A program made the translations under genes and the position numbers. Positions 55,201 to 64,000 of a stretch of 64,000 bases of DNA are shown piece after piece. The DNA is from Chrysomallon squamiferum. Its lineage: Eukaryota > Animalia > Mollusca. Under the pieces are notes generated by a model. The model had not been told where the DNA came from, did not search any database, and was given only the letters and a program-made list of their open reading frames with translations. The DNA lies in the NCBI GenBank assembly GCA_012295275.1, contig CM022673.1, positions 27,714,001 to 27,778,000 of the forward strand, written 5' to 3'. Within the stretch, counting starts at the first letter, position 1; each line of letters opens with the position of its first letter.

Positions 55201-55917
55201 TTTTATTTTGTGTGTGTGTGTGCCTCTTAAAAATAAATAGCTGAATACAGAATTTTAAATAGTTTCTGATTGATGTATACAGACTATCAAAATATTTTAC
55301 TGTATTTATAAATTCTTGACAAGTCTGACTTATTATGAACTTTTTAAATATATATATATATATATATTTAATTATAAAATATAAAATGAAATTTATGTTA
55401 CACACTTACTGTTTTTACAGTGTGATAATTATGTGGGGTTTTTTATTAATATTTTGCAGAGTCGTTGGGTTTGATGATCTAGGCAACACAGACAGTTTCA
55501 GAACAGAAGTGTTGGAGAAAAGACTTGGAAAATCAGGTCTGTTGATTTATTAATTGAAAATAAAGTTCATTTAGTGATTCCAAACCTATTTCAATATTAA
55601 TAGTTATTTGATGTATTTTATAAGTCAGAACAGCATAAATACCCAATCTTTCCACATGCAGGAATTGAAAATACTACAGCTTTTGATGATTCTTATAAGA
55701 TTTTATTGTTTGCAAGTGTTAAAATTTAATTCAATAAATATGAGTTCTTTATATTATTTTTTTCTCTCATCAAGGTGGATTTTTTTCTTTTTCTCTCCCT
55801 TTCTCAGGCGTTATCGATTATGTGCCAGATGATGATGACCAATCAAGGAAAACAATATTTGGAGCAAGGACAGTGAAAAAGGGCAACAATGACAGCAGTG
55901 ATGATGATGATGACTAA
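52235..55917 (+). CDS. Phosducin-like thioredoxin-fold protein (PhLP3/Plp1/TXNDC9 family), 207 aa
   Basis: 6 exons: 52235-52297, 53846-53970, 54243-54357, 54727-54860, 55460-55536, 55808-55917. Motifs REARL, HGAYTEL..EK, IVHFYHPDFRRCAIVDTHLE, FLVTKLKVQVLP, VVGFDDLGNTDSF and an acidic tail. Confidence 0.92.
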
Positions 55918-56498
55918 ATGTCTGTTTCAGCACCTTTCACTTGTAATATTTATATAAAAAGCACATAAATCATTCATGTTTATTGTTCAGTTATTTATTT
56001 TTTTGTTTTTATATTTTCATTTTTCCATTATTAACAGGTTTTAAAAAACAGAAGTGAATAACCGTGTTGGATATAACTGTAGATGCAGTGTGCTGAACAC
56101 AACTAAATAACATATATACAATGGGTTTTGTAATCAGTCAATATAAACAATTTCTTAATATGTTTTCAAATACAATGTTTGTTTCTGAATTTTTATTGTT
56201 ACCATTTTCAGGTGTGTACAATATATTTATTCATTTAAAATAATTTTACCTTTTCTGAAAATTAACGACTTTATCTGGAGAAAGTTGCAAGTCGTGACAC
56301 CTGAAAAAGTATGTGATTTTCATTTTGGTGAGGGAAGATCGTATTTTAATTTCATTCAAGTTCACCATCAAAAAAAATCCTTCACTGGAAACTGCCATAG
56401 AATATTCAATATTAAACATATTTATAATATTCATCAAAATTTTCATTGTCAGTTGCAATGTAATGCAATTTTATTCAGATTCAAATGTACAAAGACTG

Positions 56499-56949
56499 TT
56501 ATAGTAAGGTACACTTCTGTTTACGTGTAATAGATTTTTGTACAATGCCAAACTCATTTATTCGCTTTATTAAATCTTTAGGAGATAAAATATATCCTAG
56601 TTCATTTCTTGACCATCCAAGTCCCATCATAATGGCTTCCAGAACTGTAAAACTTGGAGTTATTTCCCCCTGATTTCTCCATTGTTCCTGCTTCTGCCAT
56701 GAAATCCACCAATTTGTCACCGCATCCTCGTCCAACAGTTTCAAGATATATGTATTATCTGGATGCCTTCCTTCAAGATTTACATCATCTGTGTATGACC
56801 CACAGTGAATATAATTCTTTCCTTCATCCGTTTTGAAAAAGCTTGGTCTCCAACTAACGTACGTGCCATTAGACAAAGAGCAACGATGTGTGGCCTTTGT
56901 ATTCTTCACACTTAGATTGGGGTAACCATAGGTAAACGTTAGCAGTCAT
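56499..56949 (-). CDS. Uncharacterised single-coding-exon protein with C-terminal CaaX (CTLL), resembling permuted papain-like/NlpC-P60 proteins; apparent +1 frameshift near 56880
   Basis: ATG at 56949 (15 nt after an acceptor at 56964) gives MTANVYLWLPQSKCEEYKGHTSL. Removing one base joins the 136-codon ORF SLSNGTYVSWRP...DDVNLEGRHPD...LDEDAVTNWW...VLEAIMMG...SPKDL...KQKCTLL*. AATAAA on the minus strand at about 56226-56231. Confidence 0.65.
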
Positions 56950-57615
56950 ATTTCATCCCCGAATCTGAAAAAAAAAATATTTTCGGATTTAAATAAGATG
57001 ATTTTTATTTGGATAATCTATCGTTTAAAAATTGCATGTCTGTACTGATATACTTAATAAGAATAACCTAAGAATTGCCAGTAATACATGATTCGTAATT
57101 TGATGACGATAATATGGTTATAAATTTGTCTAAAATAAGGTTATGCACTAAATATAAGTGAAATAAATACTCTTTACTTCAAATTAATCGAGAATGAAAA
57201 AAGAAATATTTCTTGAGGCAATGCTTTTGGTACGCCTTTTTAAATTTAGTTGTCATTTGCCTCATTCATTGTTAGAGATAATAACTGCTTTACTAACGTA
57301 AACCTTTTGAAACTAGTCGAAAGCGTACAAAAGGAACATTAAATTTTATCAGGCCAAAACCTTAGAAACGCATCTTCAAGTTTAGGTTTTGTTTGCCTTT
57401 ATTCTTTGTTCATGGACGTAACTGTAGGATAATATTTCCTCCAGAAGAGGAATTCTTTGTAACTTAAAACTTTATCCTCGACACTAAAACTGAATAAAGA
57501 TATCTTTGAAACTATTCCTGTATTCTTCATTACAGGAGGAATAATGTATTAAAATGTTATAAATAACTAACTGCAGTTTGTTGATACTTGTTATTAATCT
57601 GTGATGTCCATCGAT

Positions 57616-57672
<57 letters not shown>

Positions 57673-58505
57673 GATTTTAAATATATAATGTAATCGATAG
57701 ATTTACTTCCCGGAATTTGCCTTTGTGTGTCTTTACACTCAGAGAACCCGTACACGAAACAAAGCAAATGTTATTTTATTCTAATAATAAACAAATTAAT
57801 GACCGAATAACTTCTTAACGACCCCTCAGCACAAAATTACGTTGTTCGCATGAAATGGAGAGGTACAAATAAAAATAAAATAAAAATACAGATATCTGCA
57901 ACCACGAAATAATGGAAGACTATTAGAACATTGTATAAATAACAAAACTATTACATAAAACACTATTATTTTAAAACATTATAATAGTCATTTTTGTTTT
58001 TTGGTGTTTTTTTTTTTTACTTGAATTTAATGGACGCCTAACCTACCTTACTTTCCTACTTTGATCCTTTTAGCAAGTTAATTTTTACTTAATGTCTTTT
58101 TTTGTGTGCATCTATATGCACTTATAAATCAACCCAAAAAGGTTACACAAATAAAAGAAAGGGAAAGAAAGAAAGAAAATGGTACACAAAAGAACACTAT
58201 GTTCTTTATTGCCAGCAGACAGTATATATCATATCTCAAAGAGAACCGCGGTGATAAATGTATCCAAACACTTCAGTCTTGTCGACCGTGATACATTACA
58301 TTTTAGCATTTAAAAAGCATTTGCGAACAATATATTTATTATAATACATGGGAACTGCGTTTCGCTTTGGCAGGCGATAATTTGAATGGGAAAAGGGAAA
58401 AATGTTGTTTTTGAATATAATATTCAGTTTACTCATTCATACGCGCGTACGAGCTTGCACACACACACACACAGTACACGCACGAATACATACATACATA
58501 TATGC

Positions 58506-58574
<69 letters not shown>

Positions 58575-59691
58575 GGGTGGGAGCAAACATGAAAATACGT
58601 GCACTATGCACATACACCCGTAATTCATATAATTATATGCATATGATCCGTATGTACTCTTGCATGCTCTCTTTTATTACCACATCTCCGAAAAAATTTC
58701 GTCAGCTAAACCAGCCTTACACATAATAAAGGACGCACAGACAAATAATTGTGCTACATGTTTAGTAGGTAATTCGATGTATATTTATTTATTATTCTGT
58801 GATAAAAAGAAAACTCACGGTCCGCTGGGTCGTTATAAAATGTTAAATGAAATATATATATAAATTCGTTCAGTATGCTTTTTAAAACGCTTTACCTAAG
58901 TGCACTTATTGTCCCCAGCTCGTGATGAAGCACAGTTTTAGGCAGTAAGCCAAATCGCTGAACTATTTACCTTTTAAAATAAACAGCTGAATATAGGCTG
59001 AATGTAATTTTATTTCACTTCTATTTTTTCAAAATCAGTGTGTAATATATTTTTCTTCTTTTGTTTCTTTGGGGTTTTTTACGGTATGTCACGAAATTAT
59101 AACACGTCTGATTTAGTGTACGTTTTTTTTAATTTACAAATTAATCGATATTATTAACAGAAATAAATCCTAATTTAGTGAAATGATATTTTACTTATAC
59201 CGTAAATAAATAAATAAATAACTATGATGATGAGGATACCAATAACTATAACAATAAATAGAAGAAGAAATTTCTACCAATTATTATTTTTCTTTTCAAC
59301 ATGGATATGCCTGGTCGATAAATGTTCTAACCTATATCCACCACAAACGTCCTTTCCAATAATCCTTTCATATTCAACCGGTTTGTTGTGAAATAAATTG
59401 GTAGAAAGCATGGATCGACGATGAAAATAACTTAGTGATCTATATGCTTATAATTATAATTATTTTATTTAATATAGAATATAATTTTACATAATTATTT
59501 CTTAATTTAATTTATTTTAATTTTTATTTATTTATTTATTATTGTTATTATTATTATTCTTTTTTTTTTTTCTTTTTTTTTTTGAGAGTTTAATGTCATT
59601 TTCTAAAGGAACTAAACTGATATACTTATTTGTAACAGTTCGTATTGTCTGTTGGTTTGTTTGTTTTGTTTGTTTTATTTTCTCTGTGTCT

Positions 59692-61018
59692 GTGCGTACG
59701 TGCGTGCCTGCATGGTTAACGATGTGATAATGTTCACATCCTTTCTGTCAAATGCTGTCACGTTTACAAAACTGTCATTGCACGGAATTGAATGTTTGGC
59801 CTTCTAATAATGTAAAAAGAGACATTTTATTTATTTGGATCAGTTTTATTTTCATTTAATATTTAAAAGATATATATATATATATAAATATTTTTTGTAG
59901 ACACATCTCTGATGTTTGAGTAAGCTTGATATTTTTTTATTGCTTATTCAATTACAGAATTGCTTATAATATCGCTAAGCGATGGTTATAATGATATGAC
60001 TGTAATTAAAATAGAAATTATGAATGTGAATTTATTAATAAAATGCAAACATAAAATCACGTTAATACATTGGTTATAAATTTAAGTTTTCAATCTGATT
60101 TTCATTTACAAATGAAATATTCCTGAAATCTACCGGAGACTGAAATTGGGCCATGTCGCCCTATATATAAATTAAAATGTACCGTTTATTTTGTCAGGGA
60201 ATAACTTAATGGTTTAACTATACACAACTAAAGGTGCGTGCGTGCGTGGGTAACGATATGATGTTCACGTCCTTTGTACCAAATGCTGTCACGTTTACAA
60301 AATCGAAAATGTTCATTGTGTCCCTCCCCAATCCCGGAAGTGGTTATTTACTGCAAACATTTAGCAATCTCACAACTGTCCAACCATAAATTAAATAAAC
60401 TACCACTGTTAACAGAACCAAATGAACATTACTGACATTATTAAATTAAATTAAATGACGGTGGTTGTATTTTGCGTTAAATACGACACCGGTTATATCT
60501 TAACCACGTGACATTTCACGTGAAGTCTAATACGAGCTTGTTTCATCATTTTAGTGCAGACAGCGACGGAATTGGATGATTGGTCTTCTGATAATGTGAA
60601 AAAAGACATTATTTATTTAGATCAATTTTATTTTTATTTAATATTTAAACAAAATAAATAAATACGTTTTGTAGCAGCAACATGACGTCTGATATTCGGG
60701 TAAGCCTGAGATTTTGTTACCATTTTATAAAACAATCTGGCTGTTTTAGTTTATTCAATTACCGAATTGGTTATAGCTAAAGTGATGGTTATAATAACAC
60801 GATTGTAATTAAAATAGAAATTATGAATGTAAATTTATTACAAATGCATATATAAAATCACGTTAATATGTTGGTTATTAATTTAATTTGTCCATCTGGT
60901 TTTTATTCACAAATAAAATGTTTCTGAAATTAGGCCATGCTGTCCTATTTATAAACGCTCGTTGTTTTACCGGTATGTCTAGAAAAAAAATTAATGGCTT
61001 CACTATGCACTGATTAAC
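59692..61018. repeat. Diverged tandem duplication (about 59692-60231 and 60234-61018; second copy has a ~260-bp extra segment)
   Basis: Shared blocks in both copies: caaatgctgtcacgtttacaaaa, gtaattaaaatagaaattatgaatgt, taaaatcacgttaata and gatggttataat. Confidence 0.8.
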
Positions 61019-61219
61019 GGTATATCAAAGAAAAATGCATGAACTTATTTAATTTTATTGTAAAAATTAAATTATCGTTTCATGGTCATCATATATTTTC
61101 GATACAAGCAAGTATCGACACAAGTCACTATGACCCAGCTTACATATGTTTTTGTTTACATCCGGATTGTTTAAACCTCTAAGATATGGAAAACTAACCA
61201 AGACAAATATTGAATATAA

Positions 61220-64000
61220 ATGGTAAAAGTAAGCATCATGATCAATAATATGCAACCGAAATAGTGGTAGGCATGATAGCAGTATAAATTAAAATAAATA
61301 AATAAATAAAAAAAAAAAAAAAAAAAAAAATGTTGCTGTTAATAGTGTTATTATTATTATTATTATTAATATTAGAACTAGTAGTAGTAGTAATAAACAT
61401 GGTATCGGTTTTGTTGTTACTATATTTTAGGTAGCAAAAATATATTTATTCTGTTAAATTGCTGCAGATTTCAATAACAGATATCTATAGTCAGTACAGA
61501 AAGTGAGAAAACTGACATTAACAGATTTTACATTCAACTTCAAGTAGTGACCATTATCACCATAGTCTTTGCAATAGTAATTGTCATCATATTATAAGCA
61601 GAGATGGAAGCAGTAAAAATTGGATTATGTATAGGACATACCTGAATATATTTAATAATTATTATTCTTAAAGAAAATAAGTGTTACAGATATAAAATTA
61701 TTTCATCTCTTACGTGTTACATAGACAGGTAATATTATGTAGATTAATAGATGGATTAGGTAGATGTTGATATTATTTCTTTTTTAGTCACTTGGGAAGC
61801 CAGATCATTTCTTTACAAACTGGTCAACCACCTATTCCTGTAAACCAGAACTTTACTTTGAACCAGAAACTACTAACGAAATACATCAGGTAGTAACATT
61901 TCTTATCCGTTTTCATGTATATTATTTCATGCTCTATTGTGTTGTCTATTTTATGATATTTATAAACTAATGTAATATAATGTATAATATAATATAAACT
62001 GTATGTGATATTATAATACAAATAATCTAACAATATGTCTATACATTTGTATTGTATATTATATATATGTTGTGATATATTTAATAATAATACATTACCT
62101 TACTTTTTAAATATTTTTTTTTTCTTACCATTATCATATTTTTTTGTCAAGAACATCAACTGTACAAATGTCAAAGTAAAATAATTTCTGGTTTTATTAT
62201 TCATATATTAACATTTGAAAAGATTTTTTAACATTTGTTTTTTTTTTACTTTTATTTATACATGCTATAGACCCACATTATAGACCTGCCTCCTAACATA
62301 TTCATTTTAGTCACTCAACCAGAACAGTATTACAGTTTTAACACAAAGCTACACTATTTTATGATGTGAATGTGAACAGAGATGAACAGATAAACAGAAA
62401 CAAACTTGACGTTTTTGTACCATGTTTATGTTTGACACTGTTTTTGACAGATTTTGACCTGTGCAAGAGAAAAGGGTAAAAAGGTGAAGGTTGTTGGATA
62501 TGGTCACTCCCCATCAGATCTGGCCTGTACTACCGACTATATGATTAGCCTAAAAAAATACAACAAAGTGTTAAAGGTGAGGTAAATAATAGGGAGGGGT
62601 GAATGAGTGCTTGCATGTGTGTCCATCCATTAATTTGCATATTCTTTTATGCTGAAATTGCTTCTTTTTTTTTTTTTTTTTTATCAGTTTACAAATTACA
62701 GTCCATAAGGGGTTTTTTTGTGTATTTTGTTGCTATTTTGTTATTGTTATTCTAATTATTATTTTTTTATTATTTTATTATTTTTTTTTTTTATTTATTA
62801 ATTTTTTTTTGGAGTGTTTTTTTTTTTTTTTTTTTTTTTTTTTTTGACTGCAAATATATTTCGTTAAAAGCATTTAAGATGTAAAAAAATTTGATTTTAT
62901 TTAAAATTTCAGATAGACAGAGAGAAGTGCCAAATAAAGGTCCAGGGTGGGTGCATGATCAAAGATCTGAACAATTTGGTTTTCCCAAAACACCAGCTTG
63001 CTTTTCCTGTGTGAGATAATTTAACATTCTTTTCTTGTCCAATAAAATAGATTTTAGAAACTTTAATATTTTTCTGATGCACAGTTTTCATATTCTCATT
63101 TCAGACAACAATTAGTTATGATTATGATTATTATTTTAACATTCTTTTCTTATGTTATAATAAAGAAATTTTTAAAACCTTAATATATTTCTGATGTACA
63201 GATTTCATATTCTCATTTCAGACCAAAATTAGTTATGATTATGATTATTATTTTTTTTAATTAATAAATATTTATCTAAGATATGAATAAAAATAAATAA
63301 ATAAAAATTTGCCATCATAGTACACTTTTTGAATTCCTACAAAAGCTGTATCCTGATCATTGCTTTCCGGTCTGTGGGAAGGTACACCTCAAATTTCTCA
63401 TTATGCTAAAACAGAACAAAAATAGCCCATTATGTGGTAGTATTGAATTTCCTCTCTCTTTTTTTATGTGGTCTTTAAACAGAAGATATTAATTTGATAA
63501 AACTGTTAAAACATTAGTTTGTTTACTAATGCTGTGTTGTTTATTTTCAGACTAGGTACAGTATCTGAGCTGACAATAGCTGGGGTTATATCAACAGGGA
63601 CACATGGCACTGGTGCAGATTATGGAGTCATGTCCACATTGGTAAGATTTGTTTTATAAACTTCTGGCTCTTTCTTTCTTTCTTTCTTTGTTTTCATTCT
63701 TAATCGAGTCAATAACTAGAGTTGGTAGTTCTGAAAACTGGAGTTATTTTTTTTTTGTAACATCTGATTCTCTCTGTGTCTCTTTTTCTTTTATGTATAT
63801 ATTCTGAGGCAAGTTAATGACTAAAGGTAACTGTCTGTAATCGGATCTGAAACTGTTATTGCTGCTGATGGATTTCACTGAAAACAAAATAGATCATAAT
63901 TACAAATAGTGTATGTATTCTTATCGTATGCTTTAGACAAAACATTTATCTTCTTTTTCAATGTATAGGTTTTGTCACTGGAGTTAATGACAGCTGACGG
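61220..64000 (+). CDS. GULO: L-gulonolactone oxidase (5' part; continues beyond window end)
   Basis: Exons 61220-61228 (tentative MVK, GTAAGC donor), 61788-61889 ([18 protein letters not shown]), 62451-62576 ([18 protein letters not shown]-linking His), 62913-63010, 63551-63641 ([21 protein letters not shown]) and 63969- ([11 protein letters not shown]). All in frame, and the exon layout is as I recall it for vertebrate GULO. Confidence 0.92.
63061..63258. repeat. Local tandem duplication (period ~118 bp) in a GULO intron
   Basis: ttaatatt..ctgatg.acag.tttcatattctcatttcagac...aattagttatgattatgattattatttt occurs twice. Confidence 0.85.

Noticed and set aside
56946-56948. In-frame TGA upstream of the 136-aa ORF read as selenocysteine
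   Set aside because: The TGA overlaps an ATG whose frame gives a better N-terminus (VYLW...GHTSL), the upstream exon has no open frame, and no SECIS was identified.

Overview
AT-rich, microsatellite-dense animal genomic DNA with spliceosomal introns. The gene content suggests an invertebrate, probably a gastropod mollusc (inference). Nearly all ORFs in the supplied track are microsatellite or antisense noise, so I rebuilt eight genes by hand from GT-AG exon chains and frame continuity. Minus strand: (A) a secreted tandem LolA/ependymin-like repeat protein that runs off the left edge; (B, C) two 14-exon neprilysin/ECE (M13) paralogues that have both lost catalytic residues (HExxH is HHLVH in B and RSVLF in C); (D) between them, a small secreted 12-Cys, Tyr-rich protein with two internal 6-Cys repeats; (E) SYCP3; (G) an intronless-CDS protein ending in CaaX that resembles a permuted papain-like fold without its catalytic Cys. 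Plus strand: (F) a phosducin-like Plp1/TXNDC9-family gene head-to-head with SYCP3; (H) the 5' part of L-gulonolactone oxidase. Genes A, B and G each contain an apparent +1 frameshift, which may be assembly error. The most interesting candidate system is the co-oriented A-B-D-C cluster of extracellular pseudo-peptidases and a novel disulfide-rich peptide.
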